A DNA stretch of 64,000 bases from an uncultured Gammaproteobacteria bacterium (GTDB taxonomy: Bacteria > Patescibacteriota > Microgenomatia > Levybacterales > GWA1-39-11): NCBI GenBank assembly GCA_964627245.1, contig CAZVGS010000002.1, positions 26,923-90,922 of the forward strand. The letters are read 5' to 3'. Each line of letters starts with the position of its first letter. Position 1 is the stretch's first letter. Position numbers and translations under genes: made by a program. Below are positions 9,596-18,423 of the stretch, piece by piece. A model generated the notes under the pieces. The model was not told where the DNA came from. It saw only the letters and a list, made by a program, of their open reading frames with translations, and searched no databases.

Positions 9596-11130
9596 TAATC
9601 CATACATTAACCACTGAAGAGCTTAATGAGTTAAAGAAAAACCGCAAAGTCAGACGCACACTGGCAAAAAAGAGCCACTACTGGTTCTTTGCCATTTACT
9701 TGGGAGACTATATGGATTATTCATTTGCACCATTTCATCACGAAATGTTTTCGGTGAGTGAAGATCCAGGTTTATCGCTTGCCGTGATAGTTGCCTTCAG
9801 GGGATCAGGCAAATCAACGCTGTTCAGTTCGTCATATCCCATCTGGTCGATAATTGGAGCACAACAAAAGAAGTTCGTCTTGATTTTAGGTCAGACACAT
9901 AACCAAGCCCGACAACATTTAACCAATATTAAGCGGGAACTTGAAACAAACGACCTACTCAAAGCGGACATTGGACCATTTCAGGAATACAGTGATGAAT
10001 GGGGAGCAACCTCGATTGTTCTATCAAACTACGATGCCAAAATTGCTATTGCCTCAACTGAGCAAAGTATCCGAGGTATCAGACATGGTAAGTATAGGCC
10101 TGATCTGGTTATTTGTGACGATGTTGAAGACTTAAACAGCGTTAAGACAAAAGAAGGCAGAGACAAGATATTTAACTGGTTGACAGGTGAAGTAATGCCG
10201 ATTGGTGACCGGTACACCAAAACCATTATTATTGGAAACCTCCTTCATGAAGATTGTTTACTCATGAGGTTAAAAAACACTATTGATCAGGAACGGCTTG
10301 CTGGCAAATTTTTCGCCTACCCTCTCTTGACTGAAGATAATCAAATTACGTGGCTGGGGAAATTTCCTGATATGGTATCTATTGAAAAGCAAAAAGCATC
10401 CATTGCTTCGGATACTGCGTGGTACCGAGAATATTTGTTAAAAATTATCTCCGATGAAGATAGGCTGGTTAAACCCGAATGGATCCAGTATTATGACGAG
10501 CTACCTCAAGATTCTTCTAACAAGTTACGCTTTACGGCAACTGGCATTGATTTAGCCATTACTTTAAACGAATGGTCTGATTTTACTGCTATGGTATCAG
10601 CACACGTGTACGGCTACCGGGAGAAGCTTCGTGTATACATTCTTCCTAATCCGGTAAACGCAAAAATGGACTTTCCGATGACAGTGACAAAAGCGAAGGA
10701 TATATCTAAATCGCTGGGAAACGGTACCTATACCAAACTATATATTGAAGAAGTCGGTTATCAAAAAGCTCTTATCGATCAGCTTGTTGCACAAAATGTC
10801 CCAGCTGAACCGTTTAAAACCATGGGGCAAGATAAAAGAGCCAGACTTACTCTTGTTACCCATTTAATTCAGCAAGGAAAAGTATTATTTCCTCGACGTG
10901 GAGCAGAATCGTTAATCATGCAGCTAACGGGTTTTGGGATTGAAAAACAGGATGACCTGGCAGATGCGTTTTCTTTACTTTTATTGAAGATAATTGAGGA
11001 GGACAATAAATCAGGACCCAGTGTTACTATAATTTGTACCGGAAGTATTTATGATCAATACGACCCCATGAGAGGACTTTATCACGATTCCCTGGATAGA
11101 GATCCACTGACACTTAACTCGAGGTTTTAG
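9592..11130 (+). CDS. phage terminase large subunit
   Basis: Walker A FRGSGKST. C-terminal nuclease-like region with acidic DDLADAF. About 510 aa, typical of the Terminase_6 family. Confidence 0.8.
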   Translation: MIIHTLTTEELNELKKNRKVRRTLAKKSHYWFFAIYLGDYMDYSFAPFHHEMFSVSEDPGLSLAVIVAFRGSGKSTLFSSSYPIWSIIGAQQKKFVLILGQTHNQARQHLTNIKRELETNDLLKADIGPFQEYSDEWGATSIVLSNYDAKIAIASTEQSIRGIRHGKYRPDLVICDDVEDLNSVKTKEGRDKIFNWLTGEVMPIGDRYTKTIIIGNLLHEDCLLMRLKNTIDQERLAGKFFAYPLLTEDNQITWLGKFPDMVSIEKQKASIASDTAWYREYLLKIISDEDRLVKPEWIQYYDELPQDSSNKLRFTATGIDLAITLNEWSDFTAMVSAHVYGYREKLRVYILPNPVNAKMDFPMTVTKAKDISKSLGNGTYTKLYIEEVGYQKALIDQLVAQNVPAEPFKTMGQDKRARLTLVTHLIQQGKVLFPRRGAESLIMQLTGFGIEKQDDLADAFSLLLLKIIEEDNKSGPSVTIICTGSIYDQYDPMRGLYHDSLDRDPLTLNSRF

Positions 11131-11156
11131 TCCATCTCCTTGACTTCACAAAGCCT

Positions 11157-12494
11157 TTGCGTCATTCCTTGTGTTGTATGAAAAGGATGACAACCAAAGG
11201 AAAAACGAACGTAATCGAGTACTGCCTGTATGCGAGGAAATCTAGTGAATCAGACGAGCGTCAGGCAATGTCAATCGACTCGCAAATTAAGGAGATGCAG
11301 ATCGTTGCCAAACGGGAAGAACTAGAAGTCAAGGAAATTCGGGAAGAAAGCCACTCAGCTAAACTATCAGGGCAACGGCCGGTATTTAATCAACTTTTGA
11401 TAGACATTGAACAAGGAGAATTTGGAGGCATCTTAACTTGGGCACCAGACAGGCTAAGTAGAAACGCAGGTGATTTAGGAAAACTGGTTGATTTAATGGA
11501 TCAGGAAAAGCTCAAACAGATCAAAACCTACTCACAAACATTTTCCAATAATCCTAATGAGAAGTTTCTACTGATGATTCTCTGCTCTCAAGCTAAGCTG
11601 GAAAATGATAACCGAGGCTTAAATGTAAAGAGAGGGCTTCGAGCAAAATGCGAAATGGGATGGCGACCAGGAGTTGCACCAATCGGTTACAAAAACGTGA
11701 TGGCAAATAATCGAATAAGTGAAATAGTTTTAGATGAAGAACGAGCCTCAATTATTAGGCAGATATTTGAACGAGTTGCCGAAAAAGGACACTCAGGTCG
11801 AACAATCAAACAATGGTTAGATCGAATCGGATTTAGGACAAAAAATGATAAACCGCTGGCATTAAGCAAGATTTACTCTACTCTTAACAATCCCTTTTAC
11901 TGCGGCTCATTTGAATTTAACGGGGTGAAATATAAAGGAAATCATCCGGCAATTGTTACTAAAGCGATATTTGATAAAGCACAACAACAACTAGCCGTAC
12001 CACCCAAGGAATGGCACAAGAAAGTATTTCCTTTCAAAACTTTGTGCACTTGCGGCTCCTGCGGAGGAGGAGTAACAGCTGAAGAGAAATACAAAAAACT
12101 CAAATACGGTGGATTTACCAAACACGTTTATTATCACTGCGGAAGATCGGTTGATTACGAATGTGACGAACCATATATCACTGAGGAGGATTTAATCCAA
12201 CAATTAATCGGCCATATCAACAACATTAAAATCAACGAAAAATTAATCACTACCAGATTAAAATCCGAGATTGAACGCTTCCATGCTTTACGATCCCAAG
12301 TACTTCATCAGGAATACCTTGATGGGAACTTAAACCAATTTGACTACCCAGAAAAAGATCCTATTCCATCAGATACTGCAAAAGCATACCTGCTGCATGT
12401 ACTAAAAGCTGGGACTTCAGAAGAACGGCAATTAATACTCTCCGCAATCAAGACCAAATTCATCCTCACCCATAGGGAATTGAGAATAAAGTAA
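11157..12494 (+). CDS. large serine recombinase (integrase)
   Basis: N-terminal resolvase catalytic region YARKSS..R, recombinase domain, zinc ribbon CxxC..YHCGR, C-terminal coiled coil. About 50 bp from tRNA-Ser. Confidence 0.85.
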   Translation: MRHSLCCMKRMTTKGKTNVIEYCLYARKSSESDERQAMSIDSQIKEMQIVAKREELEVKEIREESHSAKLSGQRPVFNQLLIDIEQGEFGGILTWAPDRLSRNAGDLGKLVDLMDQEKLKQIKTYSQTFSNNPNEKFLLMILCSQAKLENDNRGLNVKRGLRAKCEMGWRPGVAPIGYKNVMANNRISEIVLDEERASIIRQIFERVAEKGHSGRTIKQWLDRIGFRTKNDKPLALSKIYSTLNNPFYCGSFEFNGVKYKGNHPAIVTKAIFDKAQQQLAVPPKEWHKKVFPFKTLCTCGSCGGGVTAEEKYKKLKYGGFTKHVYYHCGRSVDYECDEPYITEEDLIQQLIGHINNIKINEKLITTRLKSEIERFHALRSQVLHQEYLDGNLNQFDYPEKDPIPSDTAKAYLLHVLKAGTSEERQLILSAIKTKFILTHRELRIK

Positions 12495-12714
12495 TCCTCT
12501 TAACACTTCTTACAGGATATATAAAATAAAACTGGTTCAAGGTAGTTTTTAGTGGTTTTAGAAGAAAAACAGGAGCAAATCGAGGTTTTGCAGGTTTAAC
12601 AGTTTTTCTCTTCTCCAGGCTGCAAAACTGAAAAATGTCCAAAACGAGCTAAATTAGCAAGCCCCATTGGGCAATTCTCGCATAGCCTATGGGTCTACTA
12701 GAACTATAGGAATT

Positions 12715-12806
12715 TGGCGGAGGAGGGGGGATTCGAACCCCCGATACCCTTACGGGCATACACACTTTCCAAGCGTGCGCACTAGACCAACTATGCGACC
12801 CCTCCA
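12715..12806 (-). tRNA. tRNA-Ser (anticodon GGA), CCA encoded
   Basis: Reverse complement GGAGGGG... anticodon loop UUGGAAA, long variable arm, T-arm GGGGG-UUCGAAU-CCCCC, terminal GCCA. Confidence 0.8.
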
Positions 12807-12810
12807 TTCA

Positions 12811-12843
12811 TTAGCCATTAGACATTAGCCATTAGACATTAGC
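12811..12843. repeat. tandem 14-bp repeat (ttagccattagaca x2.4)
   Basis: Direct tandem copies read in the sequence, between tRNA-Ser and the 3' end of the NUDIX gene. Confidence 0.6.
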
Positions 12844-13262
12844 TTCATAATTATCGGTAAGGCTTTCTCGTAAACTTTTTTATCGGCATTGAAAGTGAGT
12901 CTTTCAATGACCTTATCTTTCTTAACCCACTCGACATTCTCCATTTCAAAATCGTGTTTCGTAATATCCCCGCCTATAAATTTCATTAAGTAATAATACA
13001 CTGTTTTTTTAACCTTTTCTCCTTCAAAAACGTACCAATAAGTAACGGGCTCTAGTTCTTCCAATATTTTTCCTCTCGCGCCCGTTTCTTCCTCAACCTC
13101 TCTTAAGGCTGTCTCTTCCTTTGTTTCTTTTTCCTTCTTGTCTCCTATAAGACCTTTAGGAAATCCCCAGCCATGGTGCTGGGAATGCTGGCACAACAGA
13201 ATATCAATTCCGTTACTTGTTTTATTAAAAACAACCCCGCCTGCTGAAAATTCAAATCTCAT
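12825..13262 (-). CDS. NUDIX hydrolase
   Basis: Nudix box GX5EX7REVEEETG present. Start trimmed to the internal Met (MRFEF), because the upstream part of the ORF overlaps two tRNA genes. Confidence 0.75.
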   Translation of the reverse strand: MRFEFSAGGVVFNKTSNGIDILLCQHSQHHGWGFPKGLIGDKKEKETKEETALREVEEETGARGKILEELEPVTYWYVFEGEKVKKTVYYYLMKFIGGDITKHDFEMENVEWVKKDKVIERLTFNADKKVYEKALPIIMKLMSNG

Positions 13263-13283
13263 AATTTTTACACTCTTACCCTG

Positions 13284-13368
13284 CGGAGGGTACAGGATTT
13301 GAACCTGTGAATCCGCGAACGGATCGAGTTTTCGAAACTCGTGCAATTGGCCACTATGCGAACCCTCC
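13284..13368 (-). tRNA. tRNA-Ser (anticodon CGA)
   Basis: Acceptor GGAGGGU/ACCCUCC, anticodon stem-loop CGAGU-UUCGAAA-ACUCG, long variable arm, T-arm GGUUCAAAUCC. Confidence 0.8.
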
Positions 13369-13381
13369 AATATACTTTTTG

Positions 13382-13454
13382 CGCACCCGAATGGGGTCGA
13401 ACCATCAACCTCTGGATCCGCAATCCAGTGCTCTATCCATTGAGCTACGGGTGC
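13382..13454 (-). tRNA. tRNA-Arg (anticodon GCG)
   Basis: Acceptor GCACCCG/CGGGUGC, D-arm AGCUCAAUGGAUAGAGC, anticodon stem CUGGA/UCCAG with loop UUGCGGA, T-arm GGUUCGACC. Confidence 0.7.
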
Positions 13455-13517
13455 AAACACGCAAGCTATGCTATTGAAGCCTAGGGTAGTATTATATCAG
13501 TTTTTGAGGCAAAAAAA

Positions 13518-14045
13518 TTATCTCTCCAGAGGAAAAGTCTTTGCTAGCCAATCACTGCTTTTTTCCATAAAGGTTGGCTTCATAACTTCACGGTATGGTA
13601 TATATCCTGCCATTACTCTTCTAACATGGTCTGATGGTACATCTCCAAGCGTAATTTTGAGCTCACCCGGAATAATACTTTTCGTTCTTATAATAAGAAC
13701 TTCCATTCCGTCCATCTTCTTGAAATAAAAGTCATAAAGTTCTTTCCAAATAAAAAAATGGTCCTCTATTTTTACTCCCTGATTGCTTATTCTATAGTGA
13801 AAATTTTGAGGAGGGGTTGAGCCTAGCGCAACTGAAAAAAAATAAAGCGCCAAAACAACAAACATTAAAAGATATTCAGAAAATACAAACAAGATTATAT
13901 CTATTAAAAAAACCAACATAAGACCTGTTACATAAAACTCTCTGCTTTTTTTCCTGTAGGGTCTGCCCGGCGCTGACCAGGAAATTAGTGTTTTTATATC
14001 TGAATAATGGTGTTTATATGATTGATTGTCGTTGGAATGTTCCAT
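13518..14045 (-). CDS. hypothetical membrane protein
   Basis: 175 aa with two central TM helices and no recognisable motif. Confidence 0.5.
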   Translation of the reverse strand: MEHSNDNQSYKHHYSDIKTLISWSAPGRPYRKKSREFYVTGLMLVFLIDIILFVFSEYLLMFVVLALYFFSVALGSTPPQNFHYRISNQGVKIEDHFFIWKELYDFYFKKMDGMEVLIIRTKSIIPGELKITLGDVPSDHVRRVMAGYIPYREVMKPTFMEKSSDWLAKTFPLER

Positions 14046-14086
14046 AGTTACACTATGGCAAAATTGAGGCGGAAAATCAACTCAAA

Positions 14087-14953
14087 TTAAAGCTCTTGAA
14101 GAGATGTGCCTTCACCAGACTTGTAGTCCCGGACATACTGAAGATAGCGCTCTGTTGAAGATAATCTTTTGTGTCCCAATACTTTCGAAAGAAAAACCAA
14201 AGAAATTCCATTTTTGAGGTGGTGCGCTACAAAAGTATGTCTTAGGTCATTGATCTTAACTTTTTCTATTCCTGCCTTTTTGAAATATCTCTCAACAGCA
14301 TCTCTTATGTTCCTGACTAAAAATGGCCTTCCCGTCTTGGTCACAAACACGTGTTGGTCTTCAGAATTAACTCTGCTTTCCATATATCTTTTTAATGCTT
14401 CCTTTGCGCGTCTATTAAGAGGCACTTCGCGTGCTTCATGGCCCTCATACGGCCTTATGTGAAGTGTGTTGTCGTTGATATCATCAACCCGAAGATTTGC
14501 AAGCTCACCAATTCTAATTCCTGTTTGAAGCAAAACTTCAATTATGGCGTAAATTCTAGGATCAACTGAAGCCGCATCTCTTAATGCTCTGTATTCTAGA
14601 GGCGACAACATCCTTGGTGGATTCAATTCATACTTGGGATGCTCTACTAAAAGTGATGGATCATCAGTGATTAATTCATTTACCTTAAGATATCTGTAAA
14701 AAGTTCTTGTTGAGTTGAGCTTTCTTGAGAGGGATTTAGGCGTATAACCTTCATCTTTGAGTTTGGTTAAAAAAGCCTGAATATCATCTCCACCGATTTC
14801 ATGAACATGGTTTTTCTCCAGCGACTCGAGGAATTCAATCAATTGCTGAATATCTTTACCATATGCTAATATGGTCGCAGATGCCCTATTCTTTGATTTT
14901 AGAAAGTCCTGGAACTTTCCGTGCGCATCTCGTAGCTTTAATTCTGTTGCCAT
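14087..14953 (-). CDS. tyrosine recombinase XerC/XerD family
   Basis: Catalytic residues R..K..HxxR..H..Y (GIRIGEL, LRHTF, LGH, ERYLQY). 288 aa, typical Xer size. Confidence 0.8.
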   Translation of the reverse strand: MATELKLRDAHGKFQDFLKSKNRASATILAYGKDIQQLIEFLESLEKNHVHEIGGDDIQAFLTKLKDEGYTPKSLSRKLNSTRTFYRYLKVNELITDDPSLLVEHPKYELNPPRMLSPLEYRALRDAASVDPRIYAIIEVLLQTGIRIGELANLRVDDINDNTLHIRPYEGHEAREVPLNRRAKEALKRYMESRVNSEDQHVFVTKTGRPFLVRNIRDAVERYFKKAGIEKVKINDLRHTFVAHHLKNGISLVFLSKVLGHKRLSSTERYLQYVRDYKSGEGTSLQEL

Positions 14954-15048
14954 AAAAAGTTTATAATAAGCTATAACAAAACAATAAATCTATAATTTGG
15001 AAGTTTTAGCTTATCTTAAATTAATTTGAGCCTATAATATCAGTAAAA

Positions 15049-15408
15049 ATGCGCTTTGTCAACACAAAAACATTTATTCTTCTGGGAATTATAATAATAC
15101 TTCTCCTCCTTATCAAGAATATTGTGAGTTCAATCCTCTCTTTGAGGCAAAACAGTCATATAGTAACAACTCTGCGTCAACAGGAAGTAGCGGAAAAGCA
15201 AAAAAGGGAATTCTTAAAACAACAGTTATATTTTTCTAATACACCCGAATTTATTGAAAATCAGGCAAGGGAAAAATTGGGAATGGTAAAACCGGGTGAA
15301 TACGTTGTACTTGCCCCTCCTCCAAAGATTGAGGAAAAAAAGAAAGTTGCACTTGCCTCTCCTCCAAATTGGAAAAAATGGTGGAACCTCTTTTTCCAAG
15401 ACAAATAA
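15049..15408 (+). CDS. septum formation initiator FtsB/DivIC-like
   Basis: N-terminal TM, coiled coil, then the conserved AREKLGMVKPGEYV motif. Confidence 0.55.
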   Translation: MRFVNTKTFILLGIIIILLLLIKNIVSSILSLRQNSHIVTTLRQQEVAEKQKREFLKQQLYFSNTPEFIENQAREKLGMVKPGEYVVLAPPPKIEEKKKVALASPPNWKKWWNLFFQDK

Positions 15409-15471
15409 GCTTTTTCAAATCCTTGCTGAGAGGTAAACGAAACTTGCCCCCCACACTAAGCCTAAACGTGT

Positions 15472-15539
15472 TGCGGGGTAAGGAGTTGAACCTTATCTGC
15501 AAGATTATGAGCCTCGCGTGCAGCCGTACACTACCCCGC
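15472..15539 (-). tRNA. tRNA (anticodon CAU; Met/Ile2), atypically short D-arm
   Basis: Acceptor GCGGGGU/ACCCCGC, T-arm UAAGG-UUCAACU-CCUUA, anticodon loop CUCAUAA. Only 68 nt, with a 4-nt D-loop and two GU pairs in the anticodon stem. Confidence 0.55.
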
Positions 15540-15631
15540 GGTGTGTAAGGTATTTATTATAACTTTTTCCAGCCTCAATTACAAGCTGCGCTGCTTGTTT
15601 TCTACGTCTCTTTCTAGTAAAATATCTTGTT

Positions 15632-16351
15632 ATGAAAAGAGAGTCACTAAAAGTTGAGAAAAGAGAAGTTGTCGGAAAAAAAGTTAAACATTTGAGGCGG
15701 AATGGCATTCTTCCTGCAAATATGTTTGGTAAGGGGGTTAAATCACAGTCTCTGCAACTTGCCCTAAAAGATTTTGAAGAAATCTACAAAAAAGTTCACG
15801 AAACAGGTCTTGTTGATCTATCTATAGGAAGTGAAGTGCATCCTATTTTGATACAAAATGTACAAATTCACCCGATTACCCATACTCCAATTCATGCCGA
15901 CTTTTTTAAGGTAAATCTAAAAGAAAAGGTGAGGGCATCCATTCCGATAATTGCTGTTGGGGAACCCAAGGCTGTTAGTGAGAAAATCGGAGTTCTTCTT
16001 CAACCCCTTTCTGAAGTAGAGGTTGAAGCTCTACCTGCCGACTTGCCTGAGAATTTGGAAATCAATGTAGAAAAGCTTGTAGCAATTGATGACAACCTTA
16101 CAATTGCCGACCTCAAGGCACCTAACGGCGTTGAAATATTGGCAGAACCTCACGAAATGATCTTTAGAATCGATGAACTCGTATCTGAAGCGGCGGAAGA
16201 GCTTGCAGCCGAAGAAGAAGCGGAAGCTCAAGCAGCATCAGAGGAAAGTGAGAGTGAAGGAAAAGAGGGCGCGTCAAATGAGTCCAGCGGAGAAGGTGGA
16301 GAAAAAGGAGAAAGCAACACTTCGGAAGACAAAGATAAAGCTTCCGAATAA
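15632..16351 (+). CDS. rplY: 50S ribosomal protein L25 / general stress protein Ctc
   Basis: N-terminal L25 region (VGKKVKHLRRNGILPANMFG...), beta-barrel region, and an acidic E/A/S-rich C-terminal tail. Confidence 0.85.
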   Translation: MKRESLKVEKREVVGKKVKHLRRNGILPANMFGKGVKSQSLQLALKDFEEIYKKVHETGLVDLSIGSEVHPILIQNVQIHPITHTPIHADFFKVNLKEKVRASIPIIAVGEPKAVSEKIGVLLQPLSEVEVEALPADLPENLEINVEKLVAIDDNLTIADLKAPNGVEILAEPHEMIFRIDELVSEAAEELAAEEEAEAQAASEESESEGKEGASNESSGEGGEKGESNTSEDKDKASE

Positions 16352-16741
16352 TCAACCCTTAAGCATTTCATTCTTTAATTTAACGGCATCTTCAAATAAT
16401 GGATCTATTCTTAAAGCTTTTTCAACGTAATCCAGTGCTTCCAATTTATATCCGGCGTTAAATGCACTCAATGATGTATTGTATAAGATGTCAGGGACAT
16501 TGGGGAATTGACTGATGACACTTTTCCAGTACTCATACTTCTTAGCTTTGTTTTCATGAATTGCTAGCGCATTACCGTATCCATTTGTCAGAATGACTAA
16601 TAATTGAAGCTGAAAAAGCGCAAAAAGTATCAAAACAGCTAGTAAAAAATTCCTCAAGTGATAGGCAAGAGACGAGGCCTTTATATATTTTTTATATTTC
16701 TTCGGAAATATCGCGGTAATAATTCGGGAATTAATTTTCAT
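16352..16741 (-). CDS. TPR-like membrane protein (hypothetical)
   Basis: N-terminal TM helix and a C-terminal TPR-like helical repeat (YVEKALRIDPLFEDA). Confidence 0.4.
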   Translation of the reverse strand: MKINSRIITAIFPKKYKKYIKASSLAYHLRNFLLAVLILFALFQLQLLVILTNGYGNALAIHENKAKKYEYWKSVISQFPNVPDILYNTSLSAFNAGYKLEALDYVEKALRIDPLFEDAVKLKNEMLKG

Positions 16742-17003
16742 ACTAAATTTTATGGCTTTACCCGCTAAAGTTCAAGTCCTCATTACTTAGAAGAAGAAAA
16801 GAAGAATTGTTGAAACAAACAGAAAGGCGACTGAAAGAAGCATTTGAAGCGACATTGCAAGATTTACGCTTCCAGGAAAACTTATACTTAACTTTCTTTC
16901 CATTTTTCTCGCCTCTTTAGTATGAAAATAATTGACTGCAACAATTGCGCAAGCCCCGATTAGCACTATTGCCTTAAATGAGGTTGTTATCATCGGTATT
17001 ATG

Positions 17004-17663
17004 TTAGTTGGCAGTATATCCATAGCCTACATCTCCTAAAAATTTGTATTTGTTAGGCTTTAGTTCTTTTTCTTTTAACCAAAGCTGTTGTGAGTATTTC
17101 TGCACTGTCTGCGGGCTCTGATGAATTTGCGCTGAAAGAAGATTTGCAATTTTTCTTGGAGATCTTATGTCTTTAATTATAAATTCTTCCTTGTGTGTTG
17201 GTCTATCAAAGGTCAACTCAACATTGCCTATCCCTATTAGCTCAGGGATTAATCCATACATCTCAACGTCAATTTCAGTGCATCTTATCTGATCCAGTAA
17301 CACGGAATTAATTGCTTCTGAGACCAACGGGCTGTAATGCACCTCAATAATCTGCTTGTTTGTTGCAATATATAGATGGAAACTCCAATGGATTAAATCC
17401 CTAAGCGAAGCTATGCTTCCAATTAAAACAACGAGAAAAAAAGTGCTAAATGCGAGACTAATGCTGTTAAGTGCCAGTAGGAGTGCCGAAGAAATAATTA
17501 CCGCAATAAGAAGTGAGACGAAAGTTTTTTGAATGAGCCGCACAACAAGAGGCAGCCAATGTTCGCGGGTTGCAAATATCAACTCTTCATCTTCGAAAAG
17601 CTTGAACTTTTCAATTTGCGAGTCGTTAAGTCTGTCTCTTAGAAAAAATTCCTTAAATTTCAT
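17004..17663 (-). CDS. membrane protein with bacterial PH-like domain (YdbS/YdbT-like)
   Basis: Two adjacent TM helices followed by a soluble domain. Architecture resembles membrane-flanked bPH proteins. Weak. Confidence 0.35.
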   Translation of the reverse strand: MKFKEFFLRDRLNDSQIEKFKLFEDEELIFATREHWLPLVVRLIQKTFVSLLIAVIISSALLLALNSISLAFSTFFLVVLIGSIASLRDLIHWSFHLYIATNKQIIEVHYSPLVSEAINSVLLDQIRCTEIDVEMYGLIPELIGIGNVELTFDRPTHKEEFIIKDIRSPRKIANLLSAQIHQSPQTVQKYSQQLWLKEKELKPNKYKFLGDVGYGYTAN

Positions 17664-17722
17664 GTTAGCTTATACTAGCTGTATATGATTGTTGGTTCAG
17701 TAAGTATTCTTACAGCAAAACT

Positions 17723-18421
17723 GTGAGCTTGCTAACACTTTTTACAACTGCTATACTCCTTTCAAGGAGAATGGAGCAATTCCCAAGCCAAAAACTCAAA
17801 AGGTTTTTTGCTACCTCAAGACCAATTTTTTATAAAAAGGGTCAAATTGTGCTCAGAATCGGTGAAACGGGATCTGCTTTTTACGTAAAAAACGGCTATA
17901 TTAAAGACTCAAGCGTATCATCAGATGGCAGGGAGTTTACTCTTTTTATTTTCAAGCCCGGTGATCTTTTTTCATACAACTGGATTTATAACAAAATTCC
18001 GAATGTACATTCTTTTAAGGCAATGACCGATTGCGTAGTATACGAAAAAACACGAGAAAACCTGCTTCTTTTTCTTGAAGAAAATCCCGATGTTCAATTT
18101 ATGATTTCTCAAAATATTGTCATAAGACTAAGGGGTCTAATGCAAAGAATAGAACACATGGCATTCGGTACCGCTTCTCAAAAAGTTAGTTCAATTTTTG
18201 CAATACTTGCTGAAAGATTTGGAAAAATTGGCCCAAAAGGAATAAGCATTTCACTAACCCTAACCCAACAGGATATTTCTGAATTGATAGGCATAAGCCG
18301 CGAAACAACAAGCATTGAGATAAAAAAACTCATGAATGAAGGGCTTGTCAAAAGAGCATCAAGAAACTATATTGTTAAAAGCATTGAAAAGCTTCAGGAC
18401 AGAGCTAATTTAATGTCTTAA
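17723..18421 (+). CDS. Crp/Fnr family transcriptional regulator
   Basis: cNMP-binding beta-roll region and a C-terminal HTH (ISELIGISRETTSIEIKKL). Confidence 0.75.
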   Translation: MSLLTLFTTAILLSRRMEQFPSQKLKRFFATSRPIFYKKGQIVLRIGETGSAFYVKNGYIKDSSVSSDGREFTLFIFKPGDLFSYNWIYNKIPNVHSFKAMTDCVVYEKTRENLLLFLEENPDVQFMISQNIVIRLRGLMQRIEHMAFGTASQKVSSIFAILAERFGKIGPKGISISLTLTQQDISELIGISRETTSIEIKKLMNEGLVKRASRNYIVKSIEKLQDRANLMS

Positions 18422-18423
18422 TT

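Larger units (their letters stand above)
7082..12806. mobile_element. integrative element / prophage remnant: ParB-MTase, MTase, TerS, TerL, serine integrase adjacent to tRNA-Ser(GGA)
   Basis: Gene content read from ORFs. The integrase is the terminal gene, next to the tRNA 3' end. No capsid, portal or tail genes. The left boundary is undefined and may extend to 5730. Confidence 0.5.

Noticed and set aside
13263-13460. N-terminal 66 aa of track ORF 12825..13460
   Set aside because: This portion is the reverse-strand translation of two bona fide tRNA genes (Ser-CGA, Arg-GCG). The NUDIX gene starts at the internal Met at 13262.
16787-17023. 78-aa minus-strand ORF
   Set aside because: Overlaps the start of the 17004..17663 gene and has no RBS. 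Possibly a small membrane protein, but insufficient support.
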